Positions 1-9,591 are shown, numbered from the stretch's first letter. The stretch: DNA of 64,000 nucleotides from Myxococcota bacterium (GCA_040386535.1 JAZKFH010000017.1:1-64000), one strand, 5' to 3'. Notes: generated by a model not told the origin, from the letters alone. Numbers and translations are program-made.

Positions 1-80
1 CACGGACACGGACACGGACACGGACACGGACACGGACACGGACACGGACACCGACACGGACACGGATACCGACACCGACC
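1..80 (+). repeat. GACACG/GACACC hexamer tandem repeat encoding an Asp-Thr (DT)n linker
   Basis: Visible tandem hexamers, in frame with the CDS ending at 631. Confidence 0.95.
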
Positions 81-631
81 CGGTCGAACCCTTCACGGGC
101 GCCCTCGCCGACGGGGGCTTCGAGGCGGATTGGGACGGCGACTGGCTGATCTACCCTTCGACGCTGACCAACTTCAACATCTCCTACACCGGGGAGGGCA
201 TCTACGGCAGCACGACCGGCGCCACGTTCTCGGCATACGCCGGGGTGAACGCGCTGAAGTTGTACGGCCAATACACCGGCACCGAGAACGAGACCCCGGT
301 GTACCAGGAGTTCGCGGTGGTCGAGGGGCAGGTGCTCACCTTGTCGGGGTGGGCGTACATGGCGCGGGAAGAAGCCATCACGGCCTCGGACACCTACGCG
401 TTCCTCGCGCTCAAGTACTTCGACGACGCGTATCACTACTACGGCTCGGCCAGCTCCGCGTGGATCACCTACGGCAGCGCGACGGACACGTGGACCGAGC
501 TCATCGCCACCGGCACCGTGCCCGCCAGCGCGACCCGGGTGCATGCATCCGTGGAGTACATGCAGTGTGTCGGCGGCCGCAGCTGCTACACGAGCGGCTC
601 CGTCTTCTTCGACGGCCTGGTGCTCGAATGA
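2..631 (+). CDS. 5'-truncated protein: DT linker plus CBM4/galactose-binding-like beta-sandwich domain
   Basis: Open frame from the window edge (TDTD...LADGGFEADW...QVLTLSGW...DTWTEL...VPASATR...GSVFFDGLVLE*). The N-terminal GGFE and C-terminal FFD motifs are typical of CBM4-like modules. Confidence 0.7.
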   Translation, partial: TDTDTDTDTDTDTDTDTDTDTDTDTDPVEPFTGALADGGFEADWDGDWLIYPSTLTNFNISYTGEGIYGSTTGATFSAYAGVNALKLYGQYTGTENETPVYQEFAVVEGQVLTLSGWAYMAREEAITASDTYAFLALKYFDDAYHYYGSASSAWITYGSATDTWTELIATGTVPASATRVHASVEYMQCVGGRSCYTSGSVFFDGLVLE

Positions 632-2574
632 TGCTCCTGGCGCTCTTCGTCGGGAGCGCAACGGCCCAGGACACCGCGCCTGGGCCGCTCGCGGAGGCGC
701 CGGTCCCCTCGGTGGCGACGGTCGCGGAGCCCGCGCCCCCCGCCGCACGGCCCACCGAGGCGGAGAAGCTGCCCCCCGCCTACGTGCGCGACGTGCGCCT
801 CGATCTGTGGACGTTCACCGCCCAGGACAGCCGCACGGACATCGCCCCGACGTTCGACCACCAGGAGTCCGCCGTCCTCGACCTCGGGGTGCGCCCCGCG
901 CCCGGGCTCGACGCGCACGTGGCGGTGAGCGTGCTCGGCAACGTCGCGACGAACGTCATCGACGAGATCTCCTACGAGACGCGCGGGCGCGCGCTGATGC
1001 AGGCCGGCCCCGACGGCCTGGACCTGTCCGCCATGGACCGGGTGCGGATCTACCAGGCCGGCGCCACGTGGGACATGCCCGCCTTCCGGCTCGCCGCGTA
1101 CCACCGCACCGGCCATTCCCACTGGGGCGACAAGGGTGACCTGTTCGGCCTGTACCGCGAGGCCAACTACGGCGACGCCATCGACATCTACGACGCGACC
1201 GCGCCGAGCGGGATCGAATTCGAGGGCAAGCAGGCGCTCGAAGGGCTGGCGTTCGCGTTCGGGCCCCAGGTGTACTGGGGGGCCAACCCCACCGCGATCG
1301 CACGCTACCAACTCACGACCGGGGCGCTCGCCTGGACCGTGATGCACCAGGAGGACATCGCCGCCCAGGCCGAGATCACCACGAGCACCGCGGTCCCGCA
1401 GCCGGTGGGGCGTAAGTCCACGCTCGTGCTCGAGGGCGGGCGGGGCCCGTTCACGTTCGATCTCGGCGGCGTGGTGGCCGGCTCGGAGCGCATCGGGGAC
1501 ACGTTCCAATCGGTGGTGCCGGCCGGAAAGGGGGAGAGCTACGCGGACAGCGGCCAACACCTCCTCCAGGACGAGGTGCGTTGGTACGACACGTTGGGCG
1601 GCAAGGCGCGCGTGTCGGTCGAGGTGGGGCGGGTTCACGGCTACGTGTTGGGGACCTACCGCGGCCTGGTCGCGGACACCGGCCCCGAGCAGACCACCGA
1701 GATCACCGGGTGGGGGCTGAAGGACCACGGCGTCGGCAACGTGGGGGGCGCGCTGCTCGGCGTCGCCGTCGATGTCGGCTCGTTCCAGATCGCGCCCAAC
1801 CTGCTCGTGCAACGCCCGATCGTCGGGGCGCTCCCGGTGATCGCGTCCGGGTGGGACGGCGCCACCGGCTGGTACACCCCGCAGATCACCCCGCGCAACA
1901 TCGTGGACGACCCGTTCGCCGTGCGCGAGAACCGCGAGACCGTGGCCGGCGAGCTGCTCCTCGTGTTCGACCCGACGCCCTCGACGCCGTTCGGGAAAGA
2001 CGCGCTGCAAGGAGACGCGCTGCAAGGAGACGCGCAGGAGGACGCATCCTTCGCGGCCTCGCTCGACCTCATCTACCGCCACCATCGCACCGCGCGTGAC
2101 GCCAGCGTCGGCCTCACCGCGGAGGGCGATCTCGTCACGTTCGCGGCCTCGCCCCCCGCGGCCGACGTGTGGGACGCGACGTTCCGGGTCGTCTCGTCGC
2201 CGGGCCGGGAGGTGCTGATCCTCGGCTCGATCTACGCCGGGCAGTCGCAGTCCACCGGCGACGACGCGCGGCTGGTCACCCGCTTCGGCGCCGACGCGAC
2301 GGTGTGGTGGCGCGCGACCGCGCTCCAGGTCGTCGGCCGCGTGAACGACTACGGCCTGTACGATTATTACCAGACCTTCAACCTGACCTACCCGCTCCAG
2401 GGGAGCGTGGACTTGTCGACCGGCCTCTCCGGCTTCCGCCTCCCCTTCCCCGGCACCCGGCTCGGCGTGCGGCTCAAGGGCCGTACGTTCGACCAGTGGT
2501 CGCCCGATGCCGCCCAGCTCGGGGCGCAAGGCGGCGCCTTCGAGGCCGCGACCTACCTCACCGTGCGGCTCTAG
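628..2574 (+). CDS. Secreted, probable outer-membrane beta-barrel protein of unknown function (648 aa)
   Basis: ATG overlaps the upstream stop (ATGA). Signal peptide MMLLALFVGSATA-Q, alternating amphipathic strands, C-terminal YLTVRL resembling a beta-signal, and motif HRTGHSHWGDKGDLFGLYREANYG. Confidence 0.7.
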   Translation: MMLLALFVGSATAQDTAPGPLAEAPVPSVATVAEPAPPAARPTEAEKLPPAYVRDVRLDLWTFTAQDSRTDIAPTFDHQESAVLDLGVRPAPGLDAHVAVSVLGNVATNVIDEISYETRGRALMQAGPDGLDLSAMDRVRIYQAGATWDMPAFRLAAYHRTGHSHWGDKGDLFGLYREANYGDAIDIYDATAPSGIEFEGKQALEGLAFAFGPQVYWGANPTAIARYQLTTGALAWTVMHQEDIAAQAEITTSTAVPQPVGRKSTLVLEGGRGPFTFDLGGVVAGSERIGDTFQSVVPAGKGESYADSGQHLLQDEVRWYDTLGGKARVSVEVGRVHGYVLGTYRGLVADTGPEQTTEITGWGLKDHGVGNVGGALLGVAVDVGSFQIAPNLLVQRPIVGALPVIASGWDGATGWYTPQITPRNIVDDPFAVRENRETVAGELLLVFDPTPSTPFGKDALQGDALQGDAQEDASFAASLDLIYRHHRTARDASVGLTAEGDLVTFAASPPAADVWDATFRVVSSPGREVLILGSIYAGQSQSTGDDARLVTRFGADATVWWRATALQVVGRVNDYGLYDYYQTFNLTYPLQGSVDLSTGLSGFRLPFPGTRLGVRLKGRTFDQWSPDAAQLGAQGGAFEAATYLTVRL

Positions 2575-2582
2575 GAGTCCCG

Positions 2583-3068
2583 ATGCTCGTGCTCCTCTTC
2601 GCCTGCGCCAACCCCGCCGCCTCCTGGTACTACGGAGACGATCTGCGCGATCTCGTCGTCGTGCCGATCGCGTGGGACGAGGGGGTCTACCCCGACACCT
2701 CCGCGCTCGACGATCCCAACAACCCCTTCGCCGAGGGCATCGACCCCGCGGTGAAGTGGGAGATCGCCGCCACCGACTGCGTGCCCGGCTTCTACGCGTT
2801 CGCCACGGCGCTGGCGTACGAGCCCACCGGCGAGCACCAGTTCTACACGGCGCGGTGCCTCCAGGAGGTCTACGAGACCGCCCGCCTCGCGCCGGACGAC
2901 ACGTACTGGGGCTGGTCCGCGGCCGTGCGCGGCTACCAGGTGGTGCTCGACGAGTTCCCGGACGCGGTGAGCTACGACGCCACCGGCGCCGTCGCCACCC
3001 CGCTCGCGCCGCTCGCTTACGACGCCATTCTGGCAATGGGCGTCACGCCCGAAGGACGGGAGCCATGA
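2583..3068 (+). CDS. Putative lipoprotein, unknown function (161 aa)
   Basis: Lipobox-like MLVLLFAC; coding-like sequence; operonic spacing. Confidence 0.75.
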   Translation: MLVLLFACANPAASWYYGDDLRDLVVVPIAWDEGVYPDTSALDDPNNPFAEGIDPAVKWEIAATDCVPGFYAFATALAYEPTGEHQFYTARCLQEVYETARLAPDDTYWGWSAAVRGYQVVLDEFPDAVSYDATGAVATPLAPLAYDAILAMGVTPEGREP

Positions 3069-3289
3069 GCCTGCTCCTCCTGCTCGCGTGCCGACCCGAT
3101 CCCGGCGCGCCCAACTACCCGGACCCGCAGCCGTGGGCGCGCGGTCCCAGTGACACCGCCGACACCGCCGACACCGCCGACACCGCCGACACCGGCGACA
3201 CCGACGTCTACGCGGATCCGCTCTACGCGGGCCCGGAGCCCGAGAGCCTGGTCATCGTGTTCCCCTACCTCTCCCGAGGTGGCGAATGA
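3065..3289 (+). CDS. Small lipoprotein with DTA repeats (74 aa), possibly truncated
   Basis: MSLLLLLAC lipobox; ATGA overlaps at both ends. Confidence 0.6.
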   Translation: MSLLLLLACRPDPGAPNYPDPQPWARGPSDTADTADTADTADTGDTDVYADPLYAGPEPESLVIVFPYLSRGGE

Positions 3290-4083
3290 TGCTGCTCCTG
3301 ACCCTGGGGTGTGTCTCCTCGGTGCCCGACCCCGCCGCCTACGAGGCCGGCTGGACCCTCGTGTGGAGCGACTCGTTCGACGGCCCCGCCGGGACCCCGC
3401 CCGACCCGTTGACCTGGGTGCCCGACGTGGGGGGCGACGGCTGGGGCAACGAGCAGCTCGAGTACAACACCGCCAAGCCCCAGAACGCCTCGCTCGACGG
3501 GGAGGGCCGGCTCGCCATCGTCGCGATCCGCGAGCCGTTCATCCGGAACGACTACACGTCCGCGCGCCTCACGACGAAGGGCACCCGAAGCTTCGGGGCC
3601 GGGCGGTTCGAGGCCGATCTGAAGCCGCCGGCCGGCACGGGGCTCTGGCCCGGGTTCTGGATGCTCGGCACCGACTACGACGACGTGGGCTGGCCCGCCT
3701 GCGGCGAGATCGACATCATGGAGCTTCGGGGCGAGGAGCCCGAGACCACCCTCGCGTCGGTGCACGGCCCCGGGTACGCCGGCGAGAACGCCTACGAGGC
3801 CTCCCACGCGCTGCCCGAGGGCTCGTACGCGGATCGGTTCCACACGTTCGCGGTCGACATCGATCCCGACCACATCACGTTCTGGATGGACGACGAGCGT
3901 GTGCACGTGGTGCGGCCCGGCGATGTCGACGGGGAGTGGGTGTTCGACAACGAGTGGTTCCTCCTCCTGAACCTCGCGGTCGGCGGCTACTTTCTCGAGG
4001 AGCCCACCGAGGAGACCGTGTTCCCCGCGACCTTCCTCGTGGACGAAGTGCGCGTGTTCGAGCGGGCCCAGCCGCCCGGATGA
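3286..4083 (+). CDS. Glycoside hydrolase family 16, laminarinase-like (beta-1,3-glucanase) lipoprotein
   Basis: Motifs WSDSFDG, GWGNEQLEY, YTSARL, WPGFWMLG, catalytic GEIDIME and LLLNLAVGG. Confidence 0.95.
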   Translation: MMLLLTLGCVSSVPDPAAYEAGWTLVWSDSFDGPAGTPPDPLTWVPDVGGDGWGNEQLEYNTAKPQNASLDGEGRLAIVAIREPFIRNDYTSARLTTKGTRSFGAGRFEADLKPPAGTGLWPGFWMLGTDYDDVGWPACGEIDIMELRGEEPETTLASVHGPGYAGENAYEASHALPEGSYADRFHTFAVDIDPDHITFWMDDERVHVVRPGDVDGEWVFDNEWFLLLNLAVGGYFLEEPTEETVFPATFLVDEVRVFERAQPPG

Positions 4084-5744
4084 GGGGCGTGGTGCCGAGC
4101 TTCGTGGCGCTCGCCCTCGCGGTGGGGTGCGCCGATCCGGTCGGGGAGACCCCGCCGGGCACGCTCACCGTGCTGCAGGAGCAGCAGGCCGCCTGGGTGC
4201 GCAACTTCAACCCGCTGCTCTCGACGGGCGGCGCGCGCTGGCCCACGTCGTCCGGCATCTACGAGCCGCTCCTGCTCTACAACCGCGTCACCGGCGAGAC
4301 CGTGCCCTGGCTCGCGACGGCCTGGACGTGGACCGAGCCCGCGCTCCGCCTGCGCTTCGACGTGCGGCCGGGCGTGACGTGGTCGGACGGCGCGCCGTTC
4401 GAGGCGGACGACATTGCGTTCACCTTCGACCTGCTGAAGCGTTTCCCCGCGCTCGACGGCGGCGGGGCGTGGACCTACCTGGAGAGCGTGGCCGCGCTCG
4501 ACACGCACTCCGTCGAGTTCGTCTTCACGCGGCCGTACTCGCCCGGCCTCTCCCTCGTGGGCGGGCAGCCCATCGTGCCGCTCCACGCATGGCAGGGCAT
4601 CGAAGATCCGGTGGCCTTCACCAACCCCGACCCCGTCGGCACCGGCCCGTTCACCGAGATCCTGCGCTTCGACGCGCAGCTCTGGGAGCTCGGCAAGAAC
4701 CCGCACTACTGGCAGGCGGGGCTCCCGAAGGTCGACGCCCTGCGGTTCCCCGCGGTCGGCTCGAACGACCAGGCCCTGCTCGCGCTCGTCCGCGGCGAGG
4801 TGGACTGGGCCGGGAGCTTCGTCCCCGCGATCGAGCGCACCTACGTCGCCCGGGATCCCGACCACTTCCGCTACTGGTTCCCCGCCGTCTCCGACACGGT
4901 GTTCCTCTACCCGCAGACCACCCGCGCGCCCCTCGACGACGTGCGCGTGCGCCAGGCGTTGAGCCTCGCCATCGACCGCGAGCGGCTGGTCCGCGTCGCG
5001 ATGCACGACTACGCGATCCCGTCCCACGCGACCGCGCTCTCCGACGGCTACAAGTCCTGGCGTCGCGACGATCTGACGCCCGACGGCGGCTGGGTGCGCC
5101 ACGATCCGGCGGCCGCGGCCGCGCTGCTCGACGCCGCGGGGTGGCCCCTCGGCGCGGGCGGGCGGAGGACCAACACCGCGGGCGAGCCGCTGGTGCTGCC
5201 GATCCTGGTCCCGGCGGGGTGGTCGGACTGGGTGCGCGCCGCGCAGATCATCACCCGCGATCTCGACACGCTCGGCATCGACGCGCGGGTCGAGGGCCTC
5301 GACTTCGGGGCGTGGTTCGACCGCGTGGGCCGCGGCGACTTCGCCCTCGCGCTCGGCTGGTCCGTGTCCGGGCCCACCCCGTACCCCTTCTACCGCTCCC
5401 TCCTCGGCTCCTCGACCGTCAAGCCCGTCGGCACCCCCTCCGCGACCAACTGGCACCGCTACGGCAGCCCCACCGCGGACGCGCTGCTCGCCGGGTTCGA
5501 GGCCACCGTCGACCCCGCGGAGCAGCGCCGCCTCTCGGACGCGCTCCAGGCCGCCTTCGTGGCCGAGGCGCCCGCCATCCCGCTGTTCCCCACCCCCGGG
5601 TGGGGCGAGTTCAGCACCCGGCGCTTCGAGGGCTTCCCGGACAGCGACACGCCGTACGCGGCCCTCTCCACCAACGCCATCCCCGACGTGCTCTTCGTGC
5701 TCACGCAGGTGCGACCGCTCGCCGAGCAGGGGAGCGCGCCGTGA
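4080..5744 (+). CDS. ABC transporter substrate-binding lipoprotein, OppA/SBP_bac_5 family, probably oligosaccharide-binding
   Basis: Lipobox AVGC; motifs RNFNPL, IYEPLL, WSDGAPF, PVGTGPF, VRQALSLAIDR and GWSDW, as in sugar-binding family-5 SBPs. Confidence 0.9.
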   Translation: MRGVVPSFVALALAVGCADPVGETPPGTLTVLQEQQAAWVRNFNPLLSTGGARWPTSSGIYEPLLLYNRVTGETVPWLATAWTWTEPALRLRFDVRPGVTWSDGAPFEADDIAFTFDLLKRFPALDGGGAWTYLESVAALDTHSVEFVFTRPYSPGLSLVGGQPIVPLHAWQGIEDPVAFTNPDPVGTGPFTEILRFDAQLWELGKNPHYWQAGLPKVDALRFPAVGSNDQALLALVRGEVDWAGSFVPAIERTYVARDPDHFRYWFPAVSDTVFLYPQTTRAPLDDVRVRQALSLAIDRERLVRVAMHDYAIPSHATALSDGYKSWRRDDLTPDGGWVRHDPAAAAALLDAAGWPLGAGGRRTNTAGEPLVLPILVPAGWSDWVRAAQIITRDLDTLGIDARVEGLDFGAWFDRVGRGDFALALGWSVSGPTPYPFYRSLLGSSTVKPVGTPSATNWHRYGSPTADALLAGFEATVDPAEQRRLSDALQAAFVAEAPAIPLFPTPGWGEFSTRRFEGFPDSDTPYAALSTNAIPDVLFVLTQVRPLAEQGSAP

Positions 5745-6715
5745 GCGTCCTCGCGCAGCGGCTGGGCCTGTACGCGCTCGCCGCGTGGTTCGCGCTCACG
5801 CTCAACTTCCTCCTCCCGCGCCTGATGCCGGGCGATCCGGCGCAGGCGCTGTTCGCGCGGTTCCAGGGGCGCCTGGAGCCGGCCGCGCTCGACGCGTTGA
5901 CAGTGACGCTCGGCCTCTCCGACGCGCCGCTCCACGAGCAGTACGTGACCTACGTCTCGCAGCTCGCGCGCGGCGAGCTCGGCATCTCGCTGGTGTACTT
6001 CCCCTCCCCGGTGAGCGAGGTCATCGCGGGTGGCCTGGGGTGGACGGTGCTCCTCGCGGGCGGCGCGCTCGCGGTCGCGTTCCTGCTCGGCACGGCGCTC
6101 GGCGCGGTGGCCGCGTGGCGCCGCGGCGGGTGGCTCGACACCGTGGCGCCGCCGCTGCTCTCGTTCCTGGGCGCCTTCCCGTACTTCTGGCTCGCGATGG
6201 CCGCGGTGTGGCTCCTCGGCTTCCAGCTCGGGTGGTTTCCCGTGCGCCACGCGTACGGCCCCGAGGTCACGCCCGGCTTCACCCTCGCCTTCGCCGCAAG
6301 CGCCGTTCGCCACGCCCTCCTCCCCGGCGCCACGATGGTCCTCGCCTCCCTCGGCGGCTGGGTCCTCACGATGCGCAACGTGATGATGGGCGTGCTCGAC
6401 GACGAGCCCATCCGCTTCGCCCAGGCGCGCGGCCTGCCGCCCGAGCGCGTGTTCTTCCACTACGGCGTGCGCAACGCGCTGCTCCCCAGCCTCACCTCGT
6501 TCGGCATGGCGTTCGGCTTCGTCCTCTCCGGGGCGCTGCTCACCGAGATCGTGTTCGCGTACCCTGGGCAGGGGTACCTGTTGCTCCAGGCCGTGCGCGG
6601 GCAGGACTACCCGCTGCTACAGGGGTTGTTCCTCACGATCACGCTCGCGGTGCTCGCCGCCAACGCGATGGTCGACGTGGTCGTGGTGCTCCTCGATCCG
6701 CGGACACGCGGATGA
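5741..6715 (+). CDS. ABC transporter permease (OppB-like)
   Basis: LNFLLPRLMPGDP, EAA-like loop AQARGL, RNALLP, multiple TM helices; GTG start overlaps the upstream stop. Confidence 0.92.
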   Translation: MSVLAQRLGLYALAAWFALTLNFLLPRLMPGDPAQALFARFQGRLEPAALDALTVTLGLSDAPLHEQYVTYVSQLARGELGISLVYFPSPVSEVIAGGLGWTVLLAGGALAVAFLLGTALGAVAAWRRGGWLDTVAPPLLSFLGAFPYFWLAMAAVWLLGFQLGWFPVRHAYGPEVTPGFTLAFAASAVRHALLPGATMVLASLGGWVLTMRNVMMGVLDDEPIRFAQARGLPPERVFFHYGVRNALLPSLTSFGMAFGFVLSGALLTEIVFAYPGQGYLLLQAVRGQDYPLLQGLFLTITLAVLAANAMVDVVVVLLDPRTRG

Positions 6716-7605
6716 GCGCCGCACCGTTCCCCGGGAGCCGAGACCTCCGCGGCACGCTCGGCGCCGTGATCGTAGGCGGGTTCGCCCTGGTGGCGCTGGT
6801 GGGACCGCTGTTCGTCGGCGATCCGGACGCCTACGTCGGCGCCCCGCTCGAGCCGCCCTCGGCCGCGTTCTGGCTCGGCACCACCGGGCAGGGCCAGGAC
6901 GTGCTCGCCCAGACCGTCGTGGGCGCGCGCAGTACGCTGGTCGTGGCGGTGATCGTCGGCTTCGCCGTCGTGGTCGTCGGGGCCGTGGTGGGCGCCACCG
7001 CCGCGTTCTTCGGGGGCGTGGTCGACGCGGTGCTCTCCCTGGTGGTCAACGTGTCGCTGGTGATGCCGGGGCTGCCGCTCATCGTGGTCATCGCGGCGTT
7101 CCTGCCGCCCGGCCCCGTCACCATGGCGGTTGTGCTCGCCCTCACCGGGTGGCCGTGGCACGCGCGGGTCGTGCGGGCGCAGGTGGCGTCGTTGCGGCGC
7201 CGCGACTTCGTCGCCGCCGCGCAGATCAGCGGCGAGTCCGCCTGGCGCATCGTCCTGGTCGAGCTGCTCCCCAACCTCGCCGCCCTCCTCGGCTCCTCCT
7301 TCATCGGCGCCACGCTCTACGCGGTGGGCGCCCAGGTCGGCCTGGAGTTCCTCGGCCTCGGCGACCTGAACGCGGTCACGTGGGGCACGAACCTCTACTG
7401 GGCGACCAACGACAGCGCGCTCCTGACGGGCTCGTGGTGGACCTTCGTCCCCACCGGGGTCGGCATCGCCCTGCTCGGCTTCGGGCTCACGCTTCTCGGG
7501 TTCACCCTCGACGAGCGCGCCAACCCCCGGCTCGCCGCGCGGGCGGCCACCGGGCCGGGGCCGCAACCCACGCCGGTGGTGCGCATGGAGGCCGCCGATG
7601 GTTGA
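6712..7605 (+). CDS. ABC transporter permease (OppC-like)
   Basis: WLGTTGQGQDV, RDFVAAAQISGE, LEFLGLG, SWWTFVP. Confidence 0.92.
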   Translation: MSAAPFPGSRDLRGTLGAVIVGGFALVALVGPLFVGDPDAYVGAPLEPPSAAFWLGTTGQGQDVLAQTVVGARSTLVVAVIVGFAVVVVGAVVGATAAFFGGVVDAVLSLVVNVSLVMPGLPLIVVIAAFLPPGPVTMAVVLALTGWPWHARVVRAQVASLRRRDFVAAAQISGESAWRIVLVELLPNLAALLGSSFIGATLYAVGAQVGLEFLGLGDLNAVTWGTNLYWATNDSALLTGSWWTFVPTGVGIALLGFGLTLLGFTLDERANPRLAARAATGPGPQPTPVVRMEAADG

Positions 7606-8584
7606 TCCGACGCGTTCTCCGGGCGCAGGCCTCGTGGTGGAGAACCTCTCCGTCGCCTACGGCGCCGTCCGCGCGGTCGACCGCGTCGGCTTCACCGTGC
7701 GCCCCGGCGAGATCCTCGGGCTCGTGGGCGAGTCCGGCTCGGGCAAGAGCACCGCGGTGCTCGGCGCGTTGCGCCTGTTGCCACCTCCGGGCACCATCGT
7801 GGGCGGCAGCGTGCACCTCGACGGCGCCGATCTCCTCGCGATGGACGCCGCCGCCCTCCGCCGCGTGTGGGGCGAGCAGGTGGCGCTGGTCCCGCAGGGC
7901 GCGCTCTCCGCGCTCAACCCGGTGCTCACCCTCGGCGAACACATCGCGGAGACGTTGCGTGCGCACCCCGAAAAGCTCGGCGCCGCCGGCCTCACCCGCG
8001 CGGCGATCCGCGCCCGCGCGCTCGTTCTGCTCGCTCGCGTCGGCCTCGATCCGGTGCACCTCAACGCGCACCCGCACGCGCTCTCCGGCGGCATGCGCCA
8101 ACGCGCGACGATTGCGCTCGCGCTCGCCCTCGATCCCGCCGTGCTCGTCCTCGACGAGCCCACGACCGCGCTCGACGTGGTGGTCGAGCGCGAGATCCTA
8201 CGGCGGCTCCTCGCGTTCCAGGGCGCGCTCGGTTTTGCGATGGTGTTCATCACCCACGACCTCGCGTTGCTCCTCGAGCTCGCGACACACATCGGCGTGC
8301 TCTACGCCGGGCGGCTGGTCGAACACGGCCCGGTCGACACGTTCCGGGAGGGAGGCGGGCGCCACCCCTACACCCGCGGCCTGCTCGCCGCGCTGCCGCC
8401 CGCCCTGGGTGAGGATCGTGTGCCCATCAGCATCCCCGGGCATGCCGCGAGCGTGGCCGCGCCGCCCTCGGGATGCCGGTTCCACCCCCGGTGCGCGCTC
8501 CGCACCGACGTGTGCGTCGTCTCTGTGCCTCCGCTCTCCCCCCGCGCGCCCGGCCACACCGTGGCGTGCCACGAGGCGCCGTGA
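7598..8584 (+). CDS. ABC transporter ATP-binding protein (OppD-like)
   Basis: Walker A GESGSGKS, LSGGMRQR, DEPTTALD, C-terminal GCRFHPRC domain. Confidence 0.95.
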   Translation: MVDPTRSPGAGLVVENLSVAYGAVRAVDRVGFTVRPGEILGLVGESGSGKSTAVLGALRLLPPPGTIVGGSVHLDGADLLAMDAAALRRVWGEQVALVPQGALSALNPVLTLGEHIAETLRAHPEKLGAAGLTRAAIRARALVLLARVGLDPVHLNAHPHALSGGMRQRATIALALALDPAVLVLDEPTTALDVVVEREILRRLLAFQGALGFAMVFITHDLALLLELATHIGVLYAGRLVEHGPVDTFREGGGRHPYTRGLLAALPPALGEDRVPISIPGHAASVAAPPSGCRFHPRCALRTDVCVVSVPPLSPRAPGHTVACHEAP

Positions 8585-9591
8585 GCACCGTGGGCCCAGC
8601 GCCTCTCCCGCCGCTCCTCACCGTCGAGGGCCTCGGCATCCGCTTCCCCGTCGGGAGCTGGCCCCGCCGCCGCACCCTCCGCGCCGCGCACGACGTGTCG
8701 TTCACCGTCCGCGCCGGCGAGATCGTGGCCCTCGTGGGCGAGTCCGGGAGCGGAAAGACCACGATCGGCCGGGCGCTCGCGCGCCTCCTCCCGATGCACG
8801 CCGGCCGGGTGACCCTGCACGGCACGCCGCCCGAGCCCGACATGGGCCTCGGCCCCGGCGTCCCCGCCGCGTCGCTGGCGTGGCGGCGCCGCGTCCAGCT
8901 CATCTTCCAGGACCCGTTCGCCTCCCTCAACCCCGTGTTCCCCGTCGGGCACCCGGTGGCGCGCGCGCTCCGGATCCACGGCCGCGCCACCGCCGCCAAC
9001 GTCGACGCCCGCGTGGTCGCCGCGCTCGAAGCGGTCGGCCTCGAGCCCGCCGCCGAGCTCGCCGCGCGCTACCCGCACCAGCTCTCCGGCGGCCAGCGCC
9101 AGCGCGTCTCCATCGCCCGCGCGCTCGCGACGGAGCCGGACCTCGTCATCGCCGACGAGCCCACCTCCATGCTCGACGTGTCCATCCGCATGGACATCCT
9201 CCGCCTGTTCACCGGGCTCCGCGACGGCGGCCGGCGCTCGGTGCTCCTCATCACCCACGATCTCGCGTCCGCGCGCCTCGTGGCCGATCGCGTCGTGGTC
9301 CTCTACGCCGGGCAGGTGATGGAGGCGGGGCCCGCCGCGACCGTGTTCGGCGCGCCCCGGCATCCGTACGCGCGTCTGCTCGCCGCCGCGGCGTTACGCG
9401 GAGGCGGCCTGCACGCCCCGCTCCCCGCCGGCGTCGGCGCGCCCCCCGTCCTCGACCCTGGCCCCGGCTGCCCGTTCGCCGCCCGCTGCCCCGACGTCGT
9501 CGACCGCTGCCGCCGCGAGGACGCCCCCGCCGTGCTCCTGGGCCCGGACCACGTCGTCCGCTGCCACCTCCCGGCCTCGACGAGGCCGTGA
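8581..9591 (+). CDS. ABC transporter ATP-binding protein (OppF-like)
   Basis: GESGSGKT, QDPFASLNP, LSGGQRQR, DEPTSMLD, GCPFAARC. Confidence 0.95.
   Translation: MSTVGPAPLPPLLTVEGLGIRFPVGSWPRRRTLRAAHDVSFTVRAGEIVALVGESGSGKTTIGRALARLLPMHAGRVTLHGTPPEPDMGLGPGVPAASLAWRRRVQLIFQDPFASLNPVFPVGHPVARALRIHGRATAANVDARVVAALEAVGLEPAAELAARYPHQLSGGQRQRVSIARALATEPDLVIADEPTSMLDVSIRMDILRLFTGLRDGGRRSVLLITHDLASARLVADRVVVLYAGQVMEAGPAATVFGAPRHPYARLLAAAALRGGGLHAPLPAGVGAPPVLDPGPGCPFAARCPDVVDRCRREDAPAVLLGPDHVVRCHLPASTRP

Noticed and set aside
4080..9591. Ordinary oligopeptide transporter (opp symbols)
   Set aside because: Coupling to a GH16 and the SBP motifs favour a sugar substrate, so gene symbols were withheld
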